A stretch of DNA of 64,000 nucleotides from Candidatus Saccharimonadia bacterium (lineage in GTDB: Bacteria > Patescibacteriota > Saccharimonadia > UBA4664): assembly GCA_035544015.1 (NCBI GenBank), contig DATKIP010000093.1:345454-409453 (forward strand). Direction: 5' to 3'. Made by a program: the position numbers and the translations under genes. Shown piece by piece: positions 54,925 to 64,000 of the stretch. A model generated the notes under the pieces. The model did not search any database and had not been told where the DNA came from. It worked only from the letters and a program-made list of their open reading frames with translations. Every line of letters begins with the position of its first letter. Positions within the stretch are counted from its first letter, which is position 1.

Positions 54925-56319
54925 ATGGCCACATCTCACCCCACCCCTTCGCTCGAAACCATCGTCGCGCTCGCCAAGCGGCGCGGTTTTATTTTTCAAG
55001 GCTCCGATATTTACGGGGGGCTGGCCGGCACCTGGGACTACGGCCCCTACGGCACGCTGCTCAAAAACAACCTCAAGACCCTCTGGTGGAGCCATTTCGT
55101 CACCGAGCGCGAAGACATGTACGGCCTCGATAGCGCCATCCTCATGAACCCCCGCGTGTGGGAGGCCAGCGGCCATACCGGCGCCGGCTTTGCCGATGCG
55201 CTCGTGGAAGACCTGGGGACCAACAAACGTTACCGCGCCGACCACCTGCTCGAAGATGCCGGCGTCGAAGACGTTGCCGAGCTCACCATGGCGCAAATGA
55301 GCCTCAAAATCCGCGAGCTCGGCCTCAAAAGCCCCGAGGGCAACGAGCTCAGCGAAGCCCGCACCTTCAACCTCATGTTTTCCACCCAAGCCGGCCCCGT
55401 CGACGACACCTCCGCCAAGGTTTACCTGCGCCCCGAAACCGCCCAGGGCATGTTCGTGAATTTCAAAAACGTTCTCGATTCCATCCACCCCAAATTACCC
55501 TTTGGCATAGCCCAAATCGGCAAAAACTTCCGCAATGAAATCACCCCCCGTGATTTCATTTTCCGCGTGCGCGAGCTTGAGATTATGGAGTTTGAATACT
55601 TCGTGCGGGAGGGGGACTGGGAAAAAATCTTCGACGAGCTCCACCAGCTCACCCTCGCCTGGTACGAGCGCATCGGCCTACCGGCATCCGCCATCCATGA
55701 GCTCGACGTCCCCGCCGCCGACCGCGCGCATTACTCCAAGAAAACCATCGATTTTGAATACGAATTCCCGATCGGCACCAAAGAAATCGGCGGCCTGGCC
55801 TACCGCACCGATTTCGACCTCACCAACCACATGAAGCACTCCGGCGTCGACCTCACGTATTTGGATTCAGCCACCGGCGAGCGCTTCGTGCCCCACGTCA
55901 TCGAGCCCACCTTTGGCCTCGACCGCAACGTGCTAGCCGTACTCACCGCCGCCTATCGCGAGGAGGCGGTAGGGGAGGGGGACACCCGCGTCGTGCTGGG
56001 GCTCAAGCCCGCCCTCGCCCCGATCAAGATCGCCGTCAGCCCGCTCCTGCGCAACAAACCCGAGCTCATGGACAAAGCCCGCGAGGTCTTCAAAACCCTC
56101 AAAGCTAGGTACGGCAGCGTCATGTTCGACGACAACGGCAACATCGGCAAACGCTACCGCCGCCAAGACGAAATCGGCACCCCCCTGTGCGTCGTCATCG
56201 ACTTCGACACCCTCTCAGACCACACCGTCACCGTCCGCCATCGCGACACCATGGAGCAAACCCGCGTCAAAATTGCCGATTTGCCCACCAAACTCGATAA
56301 CCAATTGGAGGCGTTTTAA
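54925..56319 (+). CDS. glyQS: glycine--tRNA ligase, single-chain (alpha2) type
   Basis: RRGFIFQGSDIYGGLAGTWDYGPYG. Class II motifs. C-terminal anticodon-binding domain. Confidence 0.9.
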   Translation: MATSHPTPSLETIVALAKRRGFIFQGSDIYGGLAGTWDYGPYGTLLKNNLKTLWWSHFVTEREDMYGLDSAILMNPRVWEASGHTGAGFADALVEDLGTNKRYRADHLLEDAGVEDVAELTMAQMSLKIRELGLKSPEGNELSEARTFNLMFSTQAGPVDDTSAKVYLRPETAQGMFVNFKNVLDSIHPKLPFGIAQIGKNFRNEITPRDFIFRVRELEIMEFEYFVREGDWEKIFDELHQLTLAWYERIGLPASAIHELDVPAADRAHYSKKTIDFEYEFPIGTKEIGGLAYRTDFDLTNHMKHSGVDLTYLDSATGERFVPHVIEPTFGLDRNVLAVLTAAYREEAVGEGDTRVVLGLKPALAPIKIAVSPLLRNKPELMDKAREVFKTLKARYGSVMFDDNGNIGKRYRRQDEIGTPLCVVIDFDTLSDHTVTVRHRDTMEQTRVKIADLPTKLDNQLEAF

Positions 56320-56323
56320 GATT

Positions 56324-57319
56324 ATGGCTGCTGTCACGGGCCCTAAAGTCGTCGTCATCGGTGCCGGTACCGGCACGTTCACCATTCTCACTGCACTCAA
56401 ATATTACGCTCGCGACATCACCGCCATCGTCAACATGTCCGACGATGGCGGCTCCACCGGCATTCTGCGCGATGAACTCGGCGCCCTGCCGCCCGGCGAC
56501 GTCCGCCAGTGCCTCGTGGCACTGAGCGAATCCGATCAAAAACTCCGCGATCTTTTCAACTATCGCTTCGACGAGGGCACCTTCGGCGGCCACTCGTTTG
56601 GCAATATCTTCCTCAGTGCCCTCGAAAAAACCACTGGCAGCTTCGCCGACGCGGTCAAAACCGCTGGCGAAATCCTCAACATCTCGGGGCACGTCGTGCC
56701 GGTCACCCTGTCGAACGTCAAGCTTGTGCTCACCAAGGCTAGTGGGGAAGTCGTAAAAGGAGAGTACCAAATCGTGGGGCACGATTTCGACAGCAACCGG
56801 CCCCAGCTTTCGCTCGAGCCCAACGCCCAGCTCAACCCCGAGGCCAAAACCGCCATTGAGGCCGCCGACATCGTCGTAATCGCCCCCGGCAACCTCTACA
56901 CCTCGCTCGCACCCACGCTTATCGTCAGCGGCATGAGCGAGGCTCTGGCCAAAACTCGCGCCAAACTCGTCTATATCTCGAATCTCGTCACCAAACCCGG
57001 CCAAACCGATGGCTTCAAAGTCGACGATTACGTCCGCGAGATCGAGCGTTTTATCGGCTCCAAAACCGTCGACTATGTCATTTACAACAGCCACAAACCC
57101 AGCGACGAATTGCTCCGCCGCTACGCCAAAGCCGGCGAGTTTGCGGTCGAATTCGACCCCGAAGCCTTCAAGAAACACCACGCCCAGGCCATCGGCGAAG
57201 ACCTCGTATCGGCCGCCATACCACAGCTCAAACCCTCCGAGCAGCTCATCCCGCGCACGCTCATTCGCCATGATTCCGACAAAGTCGCCCGGCTCATAAT
57301 GCGAGTCTACTTTAGCTAA
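56324..57319 (+). CDS. YvcK/CofD-family protein (gluconeogenesis factor / UPF0052)
   Basis: KVVVIGAGTGTFTILTALK...ITAIVNMSDDGGSTGILR. Confidence 0.7.
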   Translation: MAAVTGPKVVVIGAGTGTFTILTALKYYARDITAIVNMSDDGGSTGILRDELGALPPGDVRQCLVALSESDQKLRDLFNYRFDEGTFGGHSFGNIFLSALEKTTGSFADAVKTAGEILNISGHVVPVTLSNVKLVLTKASGEVVKGEYQIVGHDFDSNRPQLSLEPNAQLNPEAKTAIEAADIVVIAPGNLYTSLAPTLIVSGMSEALAKTRAKLVYISNLVTKPGQTDGFKVDDYVREIERFIGSKTVDYVIYNSHKPSDELLRRYAKAGEFAVEFDPEAFKKHHAQAIGEDLVSAAIPQLKPSEQLIPRTLIRHDSDKVARLIMRVYFS

Positions 57320-58161
57320 TGAAACCCACCACCGCTGTCATCATGGCCGCCGGGCTCGGCACCCGCATGCTGCCGGTCACTGCCGCCGTCCAGAAGGAAA
57401 TGCTGCCTATTCTCAACCGGCCGGTGATCGACTACACCGTAGCCGATCTGGTAGCTGCCGGCATCACCCGCATTCTCTTCATCACCCGCGCCGGCCAAAC
57501 CGGACTCAAAGACTACTACCAAGGCAACCCGCCCTACATCGCCGCCCTCAAGCGACTTGGCAAAACCGAAGTCGCCAAAAGCCTGGCCGCCATCCATGCC
57601 CAAGCGCGGTTTGAATTCATCGAGCAGTCCGAAGACGCCGGCTACGGTACCGCCGTCCCGCTCATCACCGCGCTCCCACACCTCGATCCCTCCGAGACCA
57701 TCATCTACTGCAGCGGGGATGATTTCGTCTGGCGCGCCGATGCCAAGTCCGAAATGACCGATTTCGTCACCGCCTATACCGCCGGCGATGCCGAGGGCGC
57801 GCTCATGGTCACTACCGTCCCCGCCTCCGAGCTCACTCGCTACGGCGTCCTGGCCACCAACGAGCAGGGGAGCCGGCACTACCTCACGAGCATTGCCGAC
57901 CAACCTCAACCCAGCCAAGCCCCGTCGCGTCAAGCCAATATCTCCAAATACATCCTGACGCCCCAGCTCCAACGCTACGCCACCGCCACCACACCCAACC
58001 CCAACGGCGAGCTCTCCATTACCGACGCCTTAACGAGCGCTGCCACCACACACAAAATCCTCGTCCACCCCATCAGCGGCACGTATCTCGACACCGGTAC
58101 GCCCGCCGCGTGGCTTGGGGCCAACCGCATCGTCGCAGACAGCGTGCTTACCAAAAGCTAA
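57319..58161 (+). CDS. UTP--glucose-1-phosphate uridylyltransferase-like nucleotidyltransferase
   Basis: AVIMAAGLGTRMLPVTAAVQKEMLPI (GalU N-terminal signature). Confidence 0.6.
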   Translation: MKPTTAVIMAAGLGTRMLPVTAAVQKEMLPILNRPVIDYTVADLVAAGITRILFITRAGQTGLKDYYQGNPPYIAALKRLGKTEVAKSLAAIHAQARFEFIEQSEDAGYGTAVPLITALPHLDPSETIIYCSGDDFVWRADAKSEMTDFVTAYTAGDAEGALMVTTVPASELTRYGVLATNEQGSRHYLTSIADQPQPSQAPSRQANISKYILTPQLQRYATATTPNPNGELSITDALTSAATTHKILVHPISGTYLDTGTPAAWLGANRIVADSVLTKS

Positions 58162-58257
58162 TTTGGCCAAGCGCCTATTTACATTGAGAAAAAAATGTTA
58201 TAGTATTATAATCAAATTGAGACGAAACAGGCCCAAACATAAATATTGCCGTAGCTA

Positions 58258-58286
58258 TTGACGCGACATATTATATGTTTTATAAT
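58258..58286 (+). promoter_or_regulatory. near-consensus sigma-70 promoter TTGACG-N17-TATAAT
   Basis: ttgacgcgacatattatatgttttataat, ~10 nt before the 58295 start. Confidence 0.5.
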
Positions 58287-58294
58287 TTCAGACG

Positions 58295-59329
58295 ATGACA
58301 AATTCCGTTACCACCAAATCGAATATCACCTACGATTACAAATCGGCCGTTGAGCAAATCCTCAAGGAACTCCGGCGCGACCGTGACCGGCAAATCATTG
58401 CCCGCCGGTTTGGCTTTGGTTTGGCGCGCCGCCAAACGCTCGAGAAAATCGGCAGCGACTTCGAGATCACCCGCGAACGCGTCCGCCAGATCGAGAAAGC
58501 CGCCATTGCCAAAATGCGCACCAGCGACGCCGCCGAAATCGCCACGGGTAGCGAACTCTTGCGCGCCATCACCGCCGATCAGGGCGGAATCGTGCCCACC
58601 GCCGACGTTGCCGAAATGCTCGGCGCCCCCGAAACCGACGTACCATATCTCGTTTTTCTAGCCCTCCTGTCGCCCAGCGTTGACCTCATCGAAGACAACG
58701 ACGATACCCGTCAAGCCGCCGGCCTCGCCGGTATCTATTCGCCGTCGCAAGTCAACCAGTTGCTCACCGAAATCGCCAAAACCGTCAAAGACCACGCCAA
58801 ACCGATCACGCTTGCCAAGCTCAAGATCAAACTCCCTTCCGAGCTCGATAGCCGCACCCTCGAGCAGCTCATGCGCATCTCCAAGCGCCTAGCCTACTTC
58901 GACGGCAAATGGGGCCTCATCACCTGGCCCGAGGTCAACCCCAAGAGCATCCGCGACAAAACCTACCTGGTGCTGTCGCGCCACGGCCGGCCGCTGCACT
59001 TCTCGGAGATCGCCAAGCACGTCCGCGGCCTCGGCGCCACCAAGCGCAACGTCACCATCCAAGCCGTGCACAACGAGCTCATCAAAGACGTCCGATTCAT
59101 TCTCATCGGCCGCGGTATTTACGCGCTCGCCGAATGGGGCTACACCCCCGGCACCGTCGCCGAAATCATCGCCAGCGTCTTGCGCGAAGAGCAGCCGCTC
59201 CACAAAGACGAAATCGTGCGCCGCGTCTTACTCAAACGCCAGGTCAAAACCACCACCATCATCCTCAACCTGCAAGAAAAAGACCAGTTCCAGCGCACCG
59301 CCAAAGCCACCTACAAGCTCAACGACTAG
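58295..59329 (+). CDS. sigma-70 region-4 (HTH) domain protein with C-terminal winged-helix-like domain
   Basis: LRRDRDRQIIARRFGFG...RQTLEKIGSDFEITRERVRQIEKAAIAKMR matches the sigma-70 region 4.2 HTH. No region 2 seen. Confidence 0.6.
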   Translation: MTNSVTTKSNITYDYKSAVEQILKELRRDRDRQIIARRFGFGLARRQTLEKIGSDFEITRERVRQIEKAAIAKMRTSDAAEIATGSELLRAITADQGGIVPTADVAEMLGAPETDVPYLVFLALLSPSVDLIEDNDDTRQAAGLAGIYSPSQVNQLLTEIAKTVKDHAKPITLAKLKIKLPSELDSRTLEQLMRISKRLAYFDGKWGLITWPEVNPKSIRDKTYLVLSRHGRPLHFSEIAKHVRGLGATKRNVTIQAVHNELIKDVRFILIGRGIYALAEWGYTPGTVAEIIASVLREEQPLHKDEIVRRVLLKRQVKTTTIILNLQEKDQFQRTAKATYKLND

Positions 59330-59359
59330 ACTAGTACCGACCGTCCCAGTGGCGTAAAC

Positions 59360-62203
59360 TTGGGGGGAGGGTACCTGCTAGGCATGAACATTTCTACACT
59401 CCTAAGCCCCATCACGGCCATTTTTCAGATTATCGGCCTGGTGCTGTTTCATTTCTACGGTTGGGTCGTGGTGGTCGCGATCCTGGGCTATCTGTTGCTG
59501 CAAAACCGCCGCAAAACCAAGTGGATCAACACCACCGAAAACATCCTCTTGCTCGTGGAGGTCCCCAAAGACAACGAGAAAAAAGAGCTCTCAGCCGAGC
59601 AGATGTTCGCCTCACTCCATGGCATTTTGCGCCCCAAATCCGAACTAACCCGTGAAGGCTCCGTCCAGGAGCATGTTTCGTTCGAGATCGTCGCCCGGCG
59701 CAACTCGATCCAATTCTATGTCTGGACCCCTCGCCATCTCAAAGATTTTGTCGAAAGCCAGATCTACGCCCAATATCCCACGGTGCAGATCAAAGAAGGC
59801 CCCCAAGACTACGCCGCGGCCGATATCGCCGGCCGTACCATCTACGGCACCGAGCTCGGCCTCACCAAAGATACCCATCTGCCCATCAAAACCTTCGCCT
59901 CATTCGAGGTCGACCCGCTGGCCGGCATCACGGGCGTGCTCGCCAAACTCGAGCAAACGGGGGAGGAGGTGTGGATTCAAATTCTAGCCCGCCCCGTCGA
60001 CGACGCCTGGCAAGATCAGGGCAAATCCTACGTCGAAAACGTCAAAGCCGGCGGGGCCAAGGGCGGCCTCGGCTCACTATTCAAAAATAGCCTCCTCGAG
60101 CTCCCGTCCTATATCGTCAGCAATTTCTTTGGCGCACTGTTTGCGCCCCCCAGCTCCAAAGAAAAAGCCGCTCCCGGCAAAGTCGAGCTCGGCACCGGCC
60201 AACAAGCCGTCATCAAGGCGGTCGAAGAAAAAATCACCAAGCTCGGCTACGAGGTCAAAATCCGCATCGCCTACCTTGGTCCCGACGACGCCTCGGCTCG
60301 CCAGCGCCTCCAGGCCATCGTGGGCGGCTTCAAGCAATTCAACACCACCAACCTCAACGGCTTCACCAACGCCAGGATGTACAACTCACCCGAGTTCATC
60401 GGCGATTACCAAGCCCGGCTGTTTTTCGACACCGGCTATATCCTCAACATCGAGGAACTCGCTTCGCTCTACCACTTGCCCCACAAATCCGTCGAGACGC
60501 CCAATATGGTCTGGACCACCGCCAAAACCAGCGAACCACCCTCAAACATCCCGGTCGAAGGCATTGGCGAAGCCGGCGATCTGAGCCTGTTTGGCCTCAC
60601 CAACTTCCGCGGCCGTCACCTCAAATTCGGCATCAAGCGCAAAGACCGCGGCCGGCACATGTACATCATTGGCCAAACCGGGGCAGGAAAGTCGTTTCTG
60701 CTACAGCTCCTCACGCTGTCCGACATCTACCACGACGTCGGCTTTGCCATCGTCGACCCGCACGGCGACTACGCCACCGACATCATGAAGTACATCCCCG
60801 AACACCGTCTCAACGACGTCATCTACCTCAACCCGGCCGACCGCGAATTTCCCATGGCCTTCAACCCCATGGAAATCACCGACCCCGCCATGAAAGACCA
60901 CATCAGCTCCGAACTCGTGGGTGTACTCAAGCGCATGTTTGAGAGCTGGGGACCACGGCTCGAATACATCTTGCGCTACACCATCCTGGCCCTCCTCGAC
61001 CACCCCGACTCCACCATGCTCGACATTCCCCGCATGCTCAATGAGAAAGACTTCCGCAAAGAAGTCATCCGCAGCGTCCAAGACCCGGTCGTGAAAAGCT
61101 TCTGGGTCACAGAATTTGCCTCCTGGAACGAAAAATTCGCCTCCGAAGCCGTCGCTCCGGTACTCAATAAGGTCGGCGCGTTCGTAGCCAACCCCCTCGT
61201 GCGCAACATCATCGGTCAAAAAAAGAGCGCCTTCAACATCCGGCAAATTATGGATGAAGGCAAAATCCTGCTCGTAAACCTCAGCCGCGGTCAGGTCGGT
61301 GAAGACAACGCCGCCATTCTGGGCGCGCTCATGGTCACCAAAATCCAGCTGGCCGCCATGTCCCGCGCCGACATGCCGCTCGAAGACCGCCGGCCGTTTT
61401 ACCTCTACGTCGATGAGTTCCAAAACTTCGCCACCGACTCGTTCGCCGTCATCCTCTCCGAGGCGCGCAAGTACGGCCTCAATCTCACCGTCGCCAACCA
61501 ATACGTGTCCCAAATGCCCGAGGTCGTGCGCGACGCCGTCTTCGGCAACGTCGGCACCATGGTGAGCTTCCGCATCGGTCCCAGCGACTCCACCGTGCTC
61601 GGCAAATACTTCGAGCCCGTCTTCGAAGCTATCGACCTCACCAAGCTCCACAACCAAAATATCTTCATCTCCATGATCATCGACGGCGAAAAAGCCCCAC
61701 CGTTTTCCGCCGCCACCCTGCGCATGCCCGATCCCGAAAACGACCTCACGCCCACCATCATCCAGATGACCCGCGACCGACTCGCCTCGGCGCGCGCCGT
61801 CGTGGAAGCCGACATCCGGACTCGTACCGCCGGGGGACACGACGAAGGCAACCGGGCTGTCGGCGCTCCCGATCAAAAACCGAACAAAGATCTTCTCAAC
61901 GCCCTCAAGAATCCCACCCCGCCACCCGGCAGCCCGCGGACAGGGGAGCAGGGGAGTGCGCGCCGAACCGAACCGCCACGCCACGACAACCGCGGCGGAA
62001 ACCGGCCCAGCGGTGGCGGAGGAGGCGGCGGGGGACTCAGCAGCCGACCCGTCAGCCAGGATGTCCCCTACCGTCCCGCCGAGCGACGCGAGCCGGCGAT
62101 CCACCAGGCCGCCGCGCCCATTACAGCCGCCCCACCCGCGCCGCCGCCCGCCCAGCCCCCCGCAGGCAGCCTGGAGCCCGGCCAACCCATCAATTTGCGC
62201 TAA
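59360..62203 (+). CDS. type IV secretion coupling-protein-like (VirD4/TraD/TrwB family) membrane ATPase with a long Gly/Pro-rich disordered C-terminal tail
   Basis: Two N-terminal TM helices. Walker A IIGQTGAGKSFLL followed by AIVDPHGDY (DPxGD as in coupling proteins). Walker B YLYVDEFQNF. ~150-aa low-complexity tail (GGGGGGG...PPAPPPAQPPAG). The likely start is ATG 59384. Confidence 0.6.
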   Translation: MGGGYLLGMNISTLLSPITAIFQIIGLVLFHFYGWVVVVAILGYLLLQNRRKTKWINTTENILLLVEVPKDNEKKELSAEQMFASLHGILRPKSELTREGSVQEHVSFEIVARRNSIQFYVWTPRHLKDFVESQIYAQYPTVQIKEGPQDYAAADIAGRTIYGTELGLTKDTHLPIKTFASFEVDPLAGITGVLAKLEQTGEEVWIQILARPVDDAWQDQGKSYVENVKAGGAKGGLGSLFKNSLLELPSYIVSNFFGALFAPPSSKEKAAPGKVELGTGQQAVIKAVEEKITKLGYEVKIRIAYLGPDDASARQRLQAIVGGFKQFNTTNLNGFTNARMYNSPEFIGDYQARLFFDTGYILNIEELASLYHLPHKSVETPNMVWTTAKTSEPPSNIPVEGIGEAGDLSLFGLTNFRGRHLKFGIKRKDRGRHMYIIGQTGAGKSFLLQLLTLSDIYHDVGFAIVDPHGDYATDIMKYIPEHRLNDVIYLNPADREFPMAFNPMEITDPAMKDHISSELVGVLKRMFESWGPRLEYILRYTILALLDHPDSTMLDIPRMLNEKDFRKEVIRSVQDPVVKSFWVTEFASWNEKFASEAVAPVLNKVGAFVANPLVRNIIGQKKSAFNIRQIMDEGKILLVNLSRGQVGEDNAAILGALMVTKIQLAAMSRADMPLEDRRPFYLYVDEFQNFATDSFAVILSEARKYGLNLTVANQYVSQMPEVVRDAVFGNVGTMVSFRIGPSDSTVLGKYFEPVFEAIDLTKLHNQNIFISMIIDGEKAPPFSAATLRMPDPENDLTPTIIQMTRDRLASARAVVEADIRTRTAGGHDEGNRAVGAPDQKPNKDLLNALKNPTPPPGSPRTGEQGSARRTEPPRHDNRGGNRPSGGGGGGGGLSSRPVSQDVPYRPAERREPAIHQAAAPITAAPPAPPPAQPPAGSLEPGQPINLR

Positions 62204-62562
62204 TCCACCACCCCACAAACCAGAACAGCCTAAGTCGCAAACGGGAAGGAGTTAGAGTCCCGCACAACCCTTCACCAGAAGATTTGACCGACACCAAGCC
62301 AAGAAACCGGTACTACGTGTCATCTTCAATCGAAATGAGATTACGTCGCACAATGTATATTTTACGGCGCGAACCAGCTAAAACGCCATTTTAGAGCAAA
62401 AATCACCGTCAAAATCAGATCTTCAATTTTTCAAACTTTTTGCGTTTTTCTACCCCCCAACGAAAGGGGAATCTTCTTTCGCTCTCACTCGTTTACCCCC
62501 GTGCAAAAACCACCCAAACAGGCACATACAAAAACCGAACTTAAACTAGGGGAGTGGAAACA

Positions 62563-63369
62563 TCATTTATAGTACGCTTTGCCCGCGATGCGCAGGTCAA
62601 TGTATTCCGCCGGAGTACGCTTCTGGGCCACCAGCAGCCGCTGCACCGCCTGCAGATCGGCCAGCTCCTCAGGTACCTCCCTCCCCGTATCAAACAACAA
62701 GCGATACCCCTTGTTCGTCGTCGCCGCCAGATCCAGCGTCGTATCCTTAATATCAAGCCGCGCTACCTGTATCCCCGTCGCCGCCAACGCCGGCACCACC
62801 TGCCCGGCAAACGCCACGAAGTGCGCCGACACCGCTTTTTGGCCCACCTGCACCGGCAAGTTGCTGCCGTCGTACACCACCGGGAAAGCCGGCGCACCGA
62901 CGACCGTACCAATCACCGTACCGTCACGATCGAGCACATAGGTCTGATTACCCGTACTCCAGCCGAGGCTTGGCTGCTTCAGCGTCGCCGTCACCACGAT
63001 CGTATGCAGCCAGCGCCGCCGCACCGACACACTCCGCAGCAACGGATCATCTTGTTGTAATTTTGACACGAAGGCCCCATCGTCAAACGTCAGCAGGTTC
63101 CCCCACTGCCACCTACTCGCCACCAGTTTGCGCACCTCAGATTCAATTTCAGCCTTGCGCACCGGCGCTTCCACCTTCACGACGGTCAGCGCAAACAACT
63201 GCCCTATCCCCCACCCGGCCGCGATCACTAGCCCCAGCAGCACCAGGAGTCGCCGCTGCAATGGGCCCAGCCCCGGCGGCTTCACTCCCCTCCTGCGCGA
63301 CGGCCGAGCCAACGGCGCCGCCCGGCCATACACCTGCCGCCCTGATACCCTCACCCGTCGCTCATTCAT
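62563..63369 (-). CDS. ftsQ: cell division protein FtsQ/DivIB (POTRA domain)
   Basis: Cytoplasmic basic N-terminus, single TM LLVLLGLVIAAGWGIG, extracellular POTRA-like region. Immediately downstream of murG, with the stop and start overlapping. Confidence 0.7.
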   Translation of the reverse strand: MNERRVRVSGRQVYGRAAPLARPSRRRGVKPPGLGPLQRRLLVLLGLVIAAGWGIGQLFALTVVKVEAPVRKAEIESEVRKLVASRWQWGNLLTFDDGAFVSKLQQDDPLLRSVSVRRRWLHTIVVTATLKQPSLGWSTGNQTYVLDRDGTVIGTVVGAPAFPVVYDGSNLPVQVGQKAVSAHFVAFAGQVVPALAATGIQVARLDIKDTTLDLAATTNKGYRLLFDTGREVPEELADLQAVQRLLVAQKRTPAEYIDLRIAGKAYYK

Positions 63370-64000
63370 GCCCGAGACTCCGTGTTCGGTTTTTGTTTGC
63401 TCGAGCCAACCTGCTGCCCCACCTGCAAAACCAACCGAGCCAAATCCGCCGCCGCCGTGGGCCGCGAAAACGCGCCGATCGCCGCCGACAGCCGCGTCTG
63501 CTCGGCTTCATCGCCCAAAATGTGATCAATCTCTGCCACCAAACCACCGGCCGTCAAGCGCGCCCCATCAAGCACTCGCACCGCCCCTTGCCGGCTCAAA
63601 ACCCGCGCATTCTCCACCTGGTGCCCCGCCATCTCATAATTCGGAATCAAAATCGTTGGCTTACCCAGCGCTGCCGAATCATTGATCGTATTTACCCCCG
63701 CTCGGCCGATCACGAGGTCTGCCGCCGCCAGCGCCAACCCCATATCTGCCATCAGAAAACCATAAGGATGATACCGGTCCATATGCGGCTCTTTGCGCCG
63801 CCGGCTCAATTCAAAATTAATCCGTCCAATTTCACCCTCGCCGGCTTGGTGAATAAGTTGGTACTTGGCCAGCAATTCCGGCAGAGCCGCCAGGACCACG
63901 TTGTTGATCTGCGCCGCTCCCTGCGAACCACCCGTCACCAGCACCACGGGCAACGATTCCGTCAATTTGAAGTGCGCGATGCCCTCCAGCCGGTGCACCC
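63366..64000 (-). CDS. murG: UDP-N-acetylglucosamine--N-acetylmuramyl-(pentapeptide) pyrophosphoryl-undecaprenol N-acetylglucosamine transferase, C-terminal half (N-terminus beyond window)
   Basis: VLVTGGSQGAAQIN...LIHQAGEGE (MurG C-terminal GT-B domain). Confidence 0.8.
   Translation of the reverse strand, partial: VHRLEGIAHFKLTESLPVVLVTGGSQGAAQINNVVLAALPELLAKYQLIHQAGEGEIGRINFELSRRRKEPHMDRYHPYGFLMADMGLALAAADLVIGRAGVNTINDSAALGKPTILIPNYEMAGHQVENARVLSRQGAVRVLDGARLTAGGLVAEIDHILGDEAEQTRLSAAIGAFSRPTAAADLARLVLQVGQQVGSSKQKPNTESRA

Overview
This is a high-GC (~65%), gene-dense bacterial chromosomal window, almost fully coding. No rRNA, CRISPR array, transposase or integrase was found, and one tRNA is present.

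Most of the window is housekeeping genes:
- Signalling: two sensor histidine kinases and three paralogous receiver (REC)-only response regulators.
- Chromosome and DNA maintenance: scpA/scpB, xseA/xseB, recO, dprA, topA, and a DEAD-box helicase.
- Translation and RNA modification: rluB-like pseudouridine synthase, der, pth, dus, rpmA, prfB (with no programmed frameshift), glyQS (single-chain GlyRS), pyrG, and two THUMP-domain methyltransferases.
- Cell wall and division: a PBP1A, a D,D-carboxypeptidase, an ftsE-ftsX-GT2-PcsB-like CHAP hydrolase-ctpA module, an LPXTG sortase substrate, and the end of a dcw cluster (ftsQ plus partial murG).
- Other: two NUDIX hydrolases, a YvcK/CofD-like gene, a galU-like gene, and a sigma-70 region-4 domain protein.

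The content looks monoderm-like (LPXTG sorting signal, PcsB-type hydrolase with FtsEX, single-chain GlyRS). The scrambled operon context (rpmA without rplU, lone REC proteins, ftsQ not followed by ftsA/ftsZ) suggests a small-genome lineage such as CPR/Saccharibacteria-like. That is an inference and cannot be settled from sequence alone.

The most striking feature is a co-oriented tandem array (~8.4-22.5 kb) of at least 15 paralogous small genes of 150-215 aa. Each encodes a short basic N-terminus, one hydrophobic anchor or signal segment, a Pro/Thr/Ala-rich linker, and a ~100-aa domain with conserved cysteine pairs. Each gene sits in its own cassette with a promoter-like TAnAAT(AAT)...CGTCTCG motif, an RBS, and a family-specific GC-rich hairpin downstream. 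Two housekeeping genes (dprA, dus) are embedded in the array. The array shows clear segmental duplications and one truncated remnant, and a secreted transglycosylase-like protein flanks it.

Other notable items are a membrane-anchored double-AAA+ Clp-like ATPase translationally coupled to a small membrane protein, a VirD4/TraD-like coupling-protein ATPase with a long Gly/Pro-rich tail next to ftsQ, two copies of a ~72-bp palindromic repeat element, and a promoter-plus-terminator-delimited candidate small RNA.
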